From Vicugna vicugna (taxonomy: Eukaryota): DNA of 34,972 bases. The notes beneath the pieces were generated by a model. It did no database searches. It was not told the DNA's origin and saw only the letters and a list, made by a program, of their open reading frames with translations. The position numbers were made by a program, and so were the translations under genes. How positions within the stretch are numbered: the first letter of the stretch is position 1; the number at the start of each line of letters is the position of its first letter. The stretch is from assembly GCA_013265495.1 (NCBI GenBank), contig MU057395.1, positions 1 through 34,972 of the forward strand, written 5' to 3'. Shown here one piece after another: positions 23,271-33,825 of the stretch.

Positions 23271-24557
23271 CAAGTCAGCGGAGTTTGTACGTGCACATGG
23301 GGATTTGATGGGCATCCCTGGTGGAAAGGGTAGCAGCGCACGTGCTCTGGTGGGAGGGAGTGCCTAGTGTGCTGTTCGCTGGTCTGCGCCTCAGTAGAAG
23401 GGGTGCTTCAGGAGGGAAGAGGCCCGACCCTAGAGGACCTTGAAGGCCAGGCTTGTAGCAGTCTCAAACCACAGCAAGTGTGGCTTTCCTTTTGAAATAA
23501 AGTTTGAGGTCTTATTTTTTGTACATTTCTACCTGAAATCATTTCTTGACATCCATTAGCATAGAGATCTATTTAAGTAAAGCTTTTTTCTTCCTGTTAT
23601 AATAGATGAATTTGTTCATTTTTATTCCCTCCTAAAAGTATCAGTAGTTAGCACTTTTTGCACATTATTTGGAAATCTAGGTGTTAGATGATATTCTTAT
23701 AGCCACAGAAGCAATCCTATAGGTTCTTTGTAAAATGATTTTGGGATTCAGGTCCTTATTATACTTTTAGTCAACTACAAAACTGAGCCTCTTCTTACAA
23801 ATTATTTCATCTAAAGTGTCTATAAATTAAAAAGACAAATAGAGATTATTTGAGATCAGAAACTCTTTGTATTCTAAAATAGTATAAAACAAAACTGTGT
23901 TTAAGTTTACTTTGGCCACAGTATATGGATTTAAAATCTTCAGTAAAATGTGGTTCATATACTGCCTGTAGTTCTATTTTCTAAAAATAACTGGCACTCT
24001 TAGTATGATTAATTTTATACCATCTCATAGCTTGCTGTGGTTAAAAATGCTTTGTGTTTCAAAGTATCAAAACGTGAGCAGATCTCCTGCCACGTAGATT
24101 AGATTTGGGATTTTGCCTGTTTTCCCAGCATTGGAGTCTCTGTTTTGTGCTGATATGAGGCCACAGGAGACTGGTGGCTTCAACTGTATTTTAAAGTTTT
24201 GTTTCTGTTTTTCAATAGACATGTTTAATTTGTAGTTTTTTGCAGTTCTTTACAACCTTAATTAGATCAAAATGGATTTGCTTTAGTTTATCAATTTATT
24301 CCTGCCTCCATTTAAAAGAGCAAGTTTCATGAGTCTTCTAATTTATGTGATTTACAAATCACTTTACATGCAGAGGTCCTAAACAAACGTGGAACTTGTT
24401 TTCAGTTATGCTGATGTCTTAATATCCGCTTTATCACCCTAGCCTACGGATACGGCCTTTTATTTTCAAGTGTCGATAGAATGGAGAAGGAGACAGTGAA
24501 TTGGGTAATTCAGCATCGCCACTTACTGATTGTGTATCCTCTGTCAACTTTGGGATT

Positions 24558-24860
24558 TTGATGTCAAGCAGGACTCTGTGGGCTTCCCCCCAACCCCTGC
24601 CTCTTGTTTGTAGAACACCTGACATCTCCCAGGCCTCCCTGAGTCATAGAAGAGCAGACTCCAGCAGCTGATAGGACAAGCCTGCAGGCACTAGGGGAAT
24701 GACGATTCTGAACACCTGTCTCATTGATTAACTGAGATTACTCCCCCGTTTCCCTTTAAAACTTTCATGGCTCAACAGAATCTTTGGAGATGGTTTCTTG
24801 GGGGGGCATACTGGGTCCACCAGGTTGCAGGCATTCTGACTAAAAGCAACTTTCCTTTTT
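24558..24860 (+). mobile_element. ERV1-type LTR fragment
   Basis: CCCTTTAAAACT TATA-like box, GGAGATGGTTTCTTG, CCAGGTTGCAGGCATTCTGACTAAAAGCAACTTTCC (decayed poly(A) signal region) resemble ERV1 LTRs; family not determined. Confidence 0.55.
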
Positions 24861-25441
24861 GTTACCAAAGCTGTTGCCCCCAGGGTCATACCCCTGCCCC
24901 TCCCTGGACTACAAACCAGTTACTATTATCTAAGTCTCAGGAGGCAGCTTCAGAGAGAAGACACAGAACCTGTTAGAACCAAGATGGCAGAGGATCTGGC
25001 TTCCAGTGGACCTTGGGCCTCCTTATATGCTCGTGGTAATGTGTTAAAGACATACCCACCAGTGCCACAACAGTTGGCTGTTGCCATGACAACAACCAGA
25101 AAGGCCCATACAAGGGCTGACTGGCTCCATCACACCCAGAAGGAGGACATGATGGCAGAAACCTCCCATAAAAGTCCACATGGCCCGACCCAGGTGGAGC
25201 TGTCTCCACCAGCCAGCTTGGCTGCCGGCTCCCCACTCAAGCGCCTTTTCCTCACTTAAGCACTTTTCTTCCCTTCTCCCTTCTCCAGCACTTTCCTTCC
25301 ATTTCCTCGTTTCCTCGGTTGAGAAAGAAAGCAGCTTTTGCTGTGTCCCTCTGCTTCAGCTGTGAATTCTTTCCAGCTGGCAGGGAAGATCCCACCTTTT
25401 GTGGGGTCTCCATCCTAAGGAGGAGTCTTCTGCTGCTGACA
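24860..25441 (+). mobile_element. Solo LTR, ERV1 (MER41-related)-like
   Basis: Begins TGTTACC and ends CTGACA; contains CAAGATGGC..TGGCTTCCAGTGGACCTTG..ACCCACCAGTGCCAC..TTGCCATGACAAC and a GAATTCTTTCC 3' motif. Confidence 0.6.
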
Positions 25442-26214
25442 GTTGGCTTTACCTTCCAAGTCTTTGCAGTTTAAATAGACAGCAGTTAAATGTGACTGGG
25501 GGTGGTGGGATGAATTTAAAGAGCAAATGCTCCATTACCTTCGTTTATCCAGCAGACGTGTAGTTGGCCACCTGCTGAGTACAGGCTCTGTGTTACCCTG
25601 TTCATCTTTCATTTGGCCGTTTGCTGACATTCTGGAACTTCCACTATCAGCTTACCACGTTCACTTTCCCCTCCCTCACCAGGGTGACCATTTCTTACCA
25701 GTAAGGTGGCCGAGGGAAGGGAAAAACACACTGGGGACTAGACTTCCGGCTCCAAATGTATGGTTGAAACTGGGTTGTCAGGGAATATGTAGAATTTTAG
25801 ATTTCTGCCTGCCTTCTTTCATAACTTTTTTTTAAAAAGTATGTTTTGTGTGTGTGTGATAGGTTAGTCATCTGCCTGTAAGCTTAAGTGGCAGGGATCA
25901 CTGCTGTCACATCTTTTGGGATTGACCCCGGAGGTAACAAGTAGCAGTCTCAGCAGACAAATAAATACCTACTTTTGCATGTAGAACTACTGTTTGAATG
26001 TTCCTCTTTGAGAAGAGGCGTAGACTGCTGAAGGTGTGTGATGGTGAAATTTACTAATGGATTCATTCAGTTTTAAGTGTAACAGTTTAGTATTTTTTTT
26101 TCAGATCAGTTCAGCAAATATATGTTGAGGACTAGTGGGTGGGAATATAAAGGCTTTTATTTATGGGGAAAGCAGGTAATTTCACTAACGTCTATATTTC
26201 TGTAGTTATGTTTG

Positions 26215-26422
26215 TCGAATTACAGGTTTCATCATGTTGGGTTGTGACCAGTATTTTAAAAAAGAAAGGAAGGAAGGAAATAGAAAGTGGAAATATCAGA
26301 ATATATGCCAGATATTAAATATGCTAAACTTTGGTTTTACTCACGTGTGTATCTGTACACTGTGTCAGCGGGAAATGTTTCTTGCTCTGTGGGCCACAGT
26401 CAAAAGAGTTTGAAAATCAGTT
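26215..26422. mobile_element. hAT-Charlie non-autonomous DNA transposon fragment (MER112-like; family uncertain)
   Basis: TGGGTTGTGACCAGTATTTTAAAAAAG...GAAATATCAGA...CTGTGGGCCACAGTCAAAAGAGTTTGAAAATCAG is a hAT-type end. Confidence 0.55.
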
Positions 26423-26783
26423 TCTAAGTATATACCTGGAGGGGCACTTGGGTCCACGTTCTGTGCCGGAGATGAGTCTGGAACTATCTGAGGACAGGAA
26501 GAGGGCGTGTTCTGTCCTAGACCTCTGCTGAGTGAGGCACGGAGTGTGAGGCCGGTACCAGAGCAGTGCTGGTGACAGCTGCTGCAGCAGAAGGCGATCT
26601 GGAGCCAGAGGCAGAGGGGGCTCTGATGGCGGCTGGGCTGTCCTGATAGTCTGAGTGCTAAGTGCCTCCTGGGAGGAGGTAGCACAGTCCCTAATCTGCT
26701 TAGAGAGAGGGGCGTGTCCACGTGTCCTAAAACCTGCCAGCAGATAAACCATAGAATTATTTTTAGGCAGTATTTTAGGCCGT

Positions 26784-27035
26784 ACAGTGTGTAGTGGTAA
26801 GAAGTATCTCTGGAATCAGAGTGCTTGAGTTTGGATCCCTGTTCCACTGCTTACTAGCTGTGTGGCCTTGGGCATGTCTCGTAACTCTCTGGGTCTCATC
26901 TTTCTAGTTGATAGAATGGAGATCTTAATACCTGTCTCCTGGGTTGTTGCGGGGGGTAAATGAGCTAATACATGTGAAGTGCTTAGAACCACATGTAGCA
27001 CACCGTACGTGCTCAGGGCATGTTAGCGGTTTTAT
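26784..27035 (+). mobile_element. MIR SINE, near full length
   Basis: GTGTAGTGGTAAGA..CTCTGGAATCAGA..GCTTACTAGCTGTGTGGCCTTGGGCA..GGTTGTTG..TAAATGAGCTAATACATGTGAAGTGCTTAGAAC. Confidence 0.9.
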
Positions 27036-27134
27036 CGTCACAACACAGCACCTGGCCGCTAGGTGGGAAAGGTTGGTTTGATTCTGATGTCATCTGGTTT
27101 ACTATGTGTGTTCTTCTGCCACCTGTGCTTGTTT

Positions 27135-27333
27135 TACCTACTCCCAGGATCACAAAGATTTACTCCTCTTTTTAGGCATTACAGCCTCAGCCCTTACATT
27201 GAGGTCTGTGACCTGTGTAGAGTTAATTTTCATGTATGGTGCAAGGTAGGTAGGGTCTGACTTCGTTCTTCTATATGTAGGGAGCCAATTGTCCCAGCAT
27301 CATTTGTTGAAAAGACTGTTCTTTACCCATTGG
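27135..27333 (-). mobile_element. L1M ORF2 fragment
   Basis: GAGTTAATTTTCATGTATGGTG...CCAATTGTCCCAGCATCATTTGTTGAAAAGACTGTTCTTT. Confidence 0.75.
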
Positions 27334-27931
27334 TGAAAATATTTCTTTAAATAATAACGTAAAATTTAATTCTCCTACAGATAATTTTTAAACTTTTTGT
27401 TTAGATTATAGATATTAATAAACAATAAATCTGTGTTTACATGGGTGTGCATGAAATTTACAAAGTTTTGTGTCTAGGGAAAAAATAAACAAGGCAAAAA
27501 GTCCTCTTATCAATGAAGTTATTTTTGCAAGAAGGCTGCAGGCCAGTTACAGCTCATTGACTGGACAGTTTTCCCTCCTGGCTGAGGTGTTTTAGTGTTA
27601 GTCATGCTTGAACTATGAGGTATTGTTGTGATATTTAAATTATAGAATGTCCACTTTGTGGAAAGATTGGTCACTGAACATGCATTCTAGAAATTTGTTT
27701 TTCTGTCCATACCAGGCTTGATTATCTGTTAAAAATCTACAGAATTTTTGCTCAGTATGCAGTTGTAGACGAACCCAGAGCTTAAATTTGTGAAACACTT
27801 TTTTCTCCTCTTTGTCATATTATTATTCTTTTGGTTAAGATTAATACCATGTGAGTAATGAAATACAGCTTGATGAAATTCTAAATGCCAAAATATTTGA
27901 GCAGAAGCGATAACTTGCGTTTATTGATCTC

Positions 27932-28504
27932 CTATTTGTCGAGGTTATTAACAGGTGTTTTACCTCTGGTCCACGCCCCACACTCTGGAAGCAGGCGAGA
28001 AGACCCAGGCACCTGTAAGAGGTTACTAAGTGGTCTGTGCTGCGCCTGCAGCCGGGCACGCAGTGCAGCTGGAACATGACTCTGGGCTTTCTGACCTCAG
28101 AGTGTGCTAAGGTCGCAGAATCTCTCTACCAGGCCACTCTGGAAAGAAAGTGATCTTTAGTCTTTTCTAGATGCAGTTTTCAGCCATTAGATAGTAGAAG
28201 GGTGGTCGCTGGCAGCTACTATTTGTCAAGGTTATTAACAGGTGTTTTACCTCTGGTCCACGCCCCACGCTCTGGAAGCAGGCGAGAAGACCCAGGCGCC
28301 TGTAAGAGGTTACTAAGTGGTCTGTGCTGCGCCTGCAGCCAGGCACGCAGTGCAGCTGGAACGTGACTCTGGGCTTTCTGACCTCAGAGTGTGCTAAGGT
28401 CGCAGAATCTCTCTACGAGGCCACTCTGGAAAGAAAGTGATCTTTAGTCTTTTCTAGATGCTGTTTTCAGCCATTAGATAGTAGAAGGGTGGTCGCTGGC
28501 AGCT
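27932..28504 (+). repeat. Tandem duplication, 2 x 286 bp
   Basis: 27932-28217 is repeated at 28219-28504 (period 287); 7 mismatches counted by eye. Confidence 0.97.
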
Positions 28505-29621
28505 GGCGGTCAGACCTCCAGAAAAGTTTTTGTCTTAATTTTGGGTGCTGCTACTTTCAGATCTCACTCTTACAGTCCGAGGTCTAGGGATCTAGGTAAC
28601 GGGAATTGTCCTGTGTCCTTTAAAGTTCAGTCCTTAAGATTAATAGACTTCCCCTGTCTTTGTATCACTCTGCTCGAGGCTTGCATATCCAGGAGACGGA
28701 GTTTGATGAGCCCACCCTGGGTGGCGTGCTGTTTCCTTAGCTGGGGAGGGGAAGATGCTCTGGTTGACATCCTGCATTCAGTGTTCGCTAGAAGTTTTCA
28801 AAAAATAATTGGCTTGTTTCAGAAAGACGGGGAAAGGGTTACCAGGTGGGCAGAAGCAGCATTCATTGTTTAAAATTGTAACCCTTTCTGTATTAATTCC
28901 TATTCTCACTGCTTCTCTGAGTGATCAGGAAGGACAGATTGCAGCCTACATTGCAGTTCACTTGACTTCTGCCTGCACAGTCATAGAATTGGTCCCCGTA
29001 TTGGCACGGTGGCTCTGGGCACCTCCCTTCCACCTACCCCAGTTGATTCAAGACCCTCTTCTGCTCTGATCTAGGCAATACTGATAGTGGCAGGGGAAAA
29101 TCCAGATTCCAGCTTTGCCACGCGAGCATTGTGTGAATGGCTCAGCATTTATGGTAGTTTCTTTGTGGGTAAACAAAAGACGACACACATCAGTTTAAAC
29201 CATCAGACTTGTAGAAGAGAAGTTTGGGAATTTTGCTCTTCTCTTAGAAGCCACAAAATAGAACAGGTTTCATTTTTACAGTGTTTGTGTATACCATCAA
29301 CCTTGTGTTCTGTATCAACTAGTACATTTTCATTTAAATGACACACTTTTAGGTGTTTATTTTTGGCATGAGGACTGTATTACTGCCACAGAATATGAAG
29401 ATGTAATCTAATCACTTATGCTAAAATCACCTATTTGAAAAATTATGTACCAGCTTTGCTAAGTTTTTAGGGCTTTAGAAAAATTCTGAATGCCTTTTTG
29501 CTTATACATACGTCTTTATTGTAAGGTAATAACATATACCTTATAGATGCTTAATATTTAAAGACGACTTTGTCCAAAGTTACTTAGCTGGGTAGGACTA
29601 GAATCTGGGCGGTTGGTAGCA

Positions 29622-29976
29622 GTCTGTTTCTGTTTTGTGAATAAGTTCATTTGTGTCATTTTTTTAGATTCCACTTGTAAGTGATATCATATGATACTTG
29701 TCTTTCTCCGTCTGACTTACTTCACTTAGTATGATAATGTCCATCCATGTTGCTGCAAATAGCATTATTTCATTCTTTTTATGGCTGAGTAATATTCCAT
29801 CATGTATATATACACCACAGCTTCTTTATCTAGTCATCTATCAGTGGACCTTTAAGTTGCTTCCATGTCTTGACTGCTGTGAACAGTGCTGCTGTGAACA
29901 TTGGGGTGCATGTATCTTTCTGAATTGGGGTTTTCTTTAGATATACGCCCAGGAGTGGGATTCCTAGATCATATGT
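29622..29976 (-). mobile_element. L1 ORF2-end/3'UTR fragment
   Basis: TAAGTTCATTTGTGTCATTTTTTTAGATTCCAC..TGACTTACTTCACTTAGTATGATAAT..CCCAGGAGTGGGATT; homologous to 10500-10730 and 15610-15910. Confidence 0.88.
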
Positions 29977-30766
29977 TGGGCTACATCCTTTTTAACTGCT
30001 GCATTGTATTCCATTGCACAGATGTCCATCATTCATTTAATTATCAATGAATGGGACATTTCTGTTGGTTTGACTTTTGCAGTATACAAATAAAGTTTCA
30101 GTGAAAACTTTTAAGTCTTTGTGCACTTGTAGAATTGATTCCTATAAGTGGAAACTTTATATTTTAATAGATATTTCCAAATTGTCCTTCCATATGGTTG
30201 CATCAGTCTTTACTTCCACTAGCAGTGAAACACTCAAGTTTGCTAATTTTCACTCTTGGGTTAGGGTGACTGTTTCTTAGCTAGCCTGGTTTTTGTCCTT
30301 CAAACTCTTTCCTAATGGTGTAATATAAACTGTCTTTCACAGTCAGTATTCATATCACATACATGTTTCTTTTTTCAGAAATAGGTATAAACATATCTAA
30401 CATCAAATATTTAGCTGTAATTATTGTGAAACCGTAGCATGATGGTTTCAAATTACAACTTAAAATTTACATTCTTAAAGAAGTTTTCTTAGACTAATCC
30501 CACCTAGTTATAGATACTTCAGTCTTAAGATTTCCTTATCACAAATTAAACATAGGTAACGCAACTAAAATTGACTTTCTAGTGCTTTGATGTTAGAACT
30601 TGGTTTTAAAGTATATTTTGAATTTGGAATCCCCAACTTGTACCTTAAACTCAGGGATGATATTTTTGTTACCTTTGTATCTCCTGTACTATCTAGAAGA
30701 GTGCCACTTACGTAGAAAGTTCTTGATAAATGTCTTCAGGTGACTTTGGCTTGTGCTGTGGAGACT

Positions 30767-30953
30767 GCAGGTCTGGGGTTGAGCCACACCTCACTCTCAC
30801 GTGTTTCGTAAATAAAGTGTGATGATTGAAACAGCCGTATCTGTTCATTTATGTGTTGTCTGTGACCTCTTCAGTGCTTCTGTGGCAGAGTTGAGTCGTT
30901 ATGACTGTACAGCCTCCAAAATCTCAAACGCCCCGGCTCCTTTGCCGACCGCT
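30767..30953. mobile_element. MER58A-like hAT-Charlie MITE
   Basis: GTAAATAAAG..GAAACAGCC..TTCATTTATGTGTTGTCTGTG..GGCAGAGTTGAGT..TTTGCCGACC. Confidence 0.75.
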
Positions 30954-31267
30954 CTTTCAGATCATAAGCGCTTTAGCCTTCATTGTGCTTGCTTTCTAGA
31001 GCACTGGGAAGGTGTCCTGCCCCTGTGCATAATTTATGGATTTATGCAGGTTTAAGTGCTGAAAAATTCTGGAGGTGTGCTTGCTGGGTTGGAGGGCATC
31101 TGTGTAGCTTTGCCTTCCCAAAGAGGTTATACCATTTTATATTGGAACTAATGATTTTTGTGGCAGGGGCCCTTTTCTGCATAACTTTGCCAACTCAGTG
31201 CACTAGCCAACTGTTTTTATCTTTACTAATCTGATAGAAGAAAATGAAATTATAGATTTGATCTGTG

Positions 31268-31418
31268 TTTCTTTTTTTTTTAATGCACTTCTACTTTTTA
31301 TTTTATTTTTGGGGAGAATAATTAGGTTTGTTTATTTTTTAATGGAGGTACTGGGGATTGAACCCAGGACCTTGTGCATGCTAAGCACACACTCTGCCAC
31401 TGGGCTGTACCCTCCCCT
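31268..31418 (-). mobile_element. tRNA-derived SINE, camelid Vic-1-like
   Basis: AATGGAGGTACTGGGGATTGAACCCAGGACCTTGTGCATGCTAAGCACACACTCTGCCACTGGGCTGTACCCTCCCC preceded by a T-rich tail. Confidence 0.88.
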
Positions 31419-32111
31419 CTCTCTTTTTCATTTTTTTGTGTTAGATTGACCATCTTTCCAAGTTTAAGAGCCATTTTCATTTCTTTATTGTGAATTGTCT
31501 TTCAGTCTCCTTCCTTGTAGCTTCAAGTCTGTTACACTCTTATAAGGTATATAGTGGACACTTGTCAAAGATTTCTGTAACTCTGGTGAGGGGACCAGCT
31601 GGATGAGGAGCTGATTCAGAGGAGGATGCGTGAGGCTCCCGGACACTGGTAGTGCATGGGAGGAAGAACTTTGTTACAGGTCGGAGTTAAACAGCAGAAC
31701 CAGCACTGCAGCTGGGGATTTTCTTTTCTACTAGACAGAAATCATTTACATTCTACCAGATGACAGTCATAACTTTCGATTTGTCAATCTTCTGTAAGTC
31801 ATTATCTAACTAACTTTGCAGAGTCTGTGCCATAATCAATAGCAAATAGTAAGTTCAGCAGAGTTCCCGCCCCCAGAGCTTACAATGACTGTTAGGCAGG
31901 TGTGTTTGATTCTCCAGCAAGAGTTTGAAAGGATAGGCCATAGTCTTTCTGCTTTATTTCCATTTTCTTAATGCTTTCCTTCCTCTACTTTATTGCAGTT
32001 ATTTCAAGTGATACTGTTTCTTTATGAATCACTAATGAGCTGCTAAGAAGGTTGCACAGTTCACCATTGTCTCTCATAAAACAGGCTCCTTGTTCCTATT
32101 TTGCTCCATAG

Positions 32112-32268
32112 GGACTCATTACACCGTGACCAACGGAGGCAGCATCAGTGGCTCCACGCACTTGCTGGACCTCTTGGATGAGCCGATCCCGGGTGTCTGC
32201 ACGTATCATGACTTCCACACCATCGACTGGGTGTGGGAGAAGTGTAAGGGCCGAGAGAGGCACAGCAG
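32112..32268 (+). CDS. CLCN3: CLCN3-like exon (N-terminal cytoplasmic region with LLDLLDE motif), diverged and possibly frameshifted
   Basis: Acceptor TTCCTATTTTGCTCCATAG| and donor AG|GTGAGC. Encodes [51 protein letters not shown] versus recalled ClC-3 [51 protein letters not shown]. Homology is clear; functionality is doubtful. Confidence 0.9.
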
Positions 32269-33126
32269 GTGAGCGTTTCCAGGAGCTTTTAAAGTACAGT
32301 GCATAATTAGATCATTTCATAATGACTTTCTGCCAGTGACCTCAGCTTGCCAAAATTTGTTACACATTATAAGTAGATGTAAGTAAATTTCTTTGTTTTA
32401 TAAATAATACTTTTTTTCTCTATGTGACTTTTTTTTAGAAGTTTTTTTTTTAATATCCCCTGTCTTTCTAGAAAGGATTTGAAGTAGCTTAGAATTGAAG
32501 TGTCATGAGACAAAATAGGGAGGGAGGGGAACCATGGCATGTGAGCTGGGGGAGGATCAAGCCAAGGTCCAACCTGGAGGTCAGCATAGTGCTTGGCTTG
32601 GAGCAGCGCGGAGGCTGCGGCCGTGGTTCCAGCTGTTAGAGAAGGAGGCTTTTGTGGCGTGGGGTTTGCTTCCTCTTACCTGCTTCCGTGGTTTTAAATT
32701 CTGAGTATGTCTCAAATTAAGTCCTTTGTAGGGCATGTTGAATGTCGTAGTGAATCACTAATCAAAAGAAGAGTAGCTTTCACTAAAAACTACAACTTAG
32801 GTGCTGTGTTTTGTTGTTGATGGAGGCTTACAAAAACAAATTTTGAAAGGGGAAAAAAAATTCTTGAAAATAAAATTCCAAATTCCAAAAGACTGTTTAC
32901 AAATTTAAGCTCTGAAATTTACTTGTAAATAACTACTTGTGCAAATTAGTCATAAACTTTCATATTAATGTACACGTGTATGAAACCTGAAATTGAAATT
33001 AGATTATATTGTTTACAAAAAGTACTGCTTCTGAGATTCAGCAGTCAATATTTACCTTTTCTGGAAACATTTTAAATAGGTATAACTGAAAATGGGACGT
33101 AATACATGCAGTCAGTATTCTAAGAC

Positions 33127-33825
33127 CAGTAGTTCTCAAACCTTCTCATCTCAGGTCCTCTGAAACTCTAGATAATTGTTGAGGATGCCTGAGCTTTTGT
33201 TTATGTGGTTATATTAATAGGTATTTACCATATTAGATACTAAAACTGAGAAATGTAAAAGAATATTAATTCATTTAAAAAATAACTGACAAACCCATTA
33301 CATTTTAGCATAAAAAACATTTTTATGAGGAGGGAGGGTATAGCTCAGAAGCAGAGTGTGTGCTTAGCATGCACAAGGTCCTGGGTTCAGTTCTCGGCAT
33401 CACCATTAAAAATAAATAAATGATAAACTAATTCCCCCCAATAATACTATATAAAGAGAATGAAATTATTAAAAAAAGTTTTATGAAAATAACTACATTT
33501 TCCAAAATATAGAATATTTAATGAGGGAATAACATGTGTTACATATTTATAATCTCATTCATTATCGTCTGGTTTATTTAAAACTGCTGGGTTCTCGTCT
33601 ATGAAGAGAATCCAGCCTCACACAACGTGTGGTTAGAAAAGCCGAGAGTGTTTTAAAAACCTTTTCAGATCTTTGTGGATATTCTCCTCTGACCCTGCAC
33701 CATGCTGACAGGTGGTAGTTTCTTAAAGATTAGTTGCAGTGTGTGATGTGAGACTGAATCAGGGAACTTGTTTTCTTCTGTTACATTAAAGTCCCTTGAA
33801 CTTTGGTGGATGATTTTGTAGCCAT
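33127..33825 (-). mobile_element. Charlie1-like hAT DNA transposon fragment (interrupted by a SINE)
   Basis: Terminus CAGTAGTTCTCAAAC, GAGCTTTTGTTTATGTGG, AAACCCATTACAT; minus-strand peptide TLQLIFKKLP and CCAGCCTCACAC (CEAGF antisense) fit the hAT transposase C-terminal domain. Confidence 0.8.
33328..33475 (+). mobile_element. tRNA-derived SINE, camelid Vic-1-like, nested in Charlie1
   Basis: GGGAGGGTATAGCTCAGAAGCAGAGTGTGTGCTTAGCATGCACAAGGTCCTGGGTTCAG with A-rich tail; flanked by AAAAAACATTTTTATGA and AAAAAAAGTTTTATGA (imperfect TSD). Confidence 0.88.

Noticed and set aside
32090..32111. MFLFCSI start of the 60-aa ORF
   Set aside because: This is the polypyrimidine tract and acceptor, and the start is TTG.
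20738..32268. Processed pseudogene, or CLCN4/CLCN5 identity
   Set aside because: The intron and splice sites are retained; [15 protein letters not shown] and GGGDxIPLRE are ClC-3-specific as recalled.
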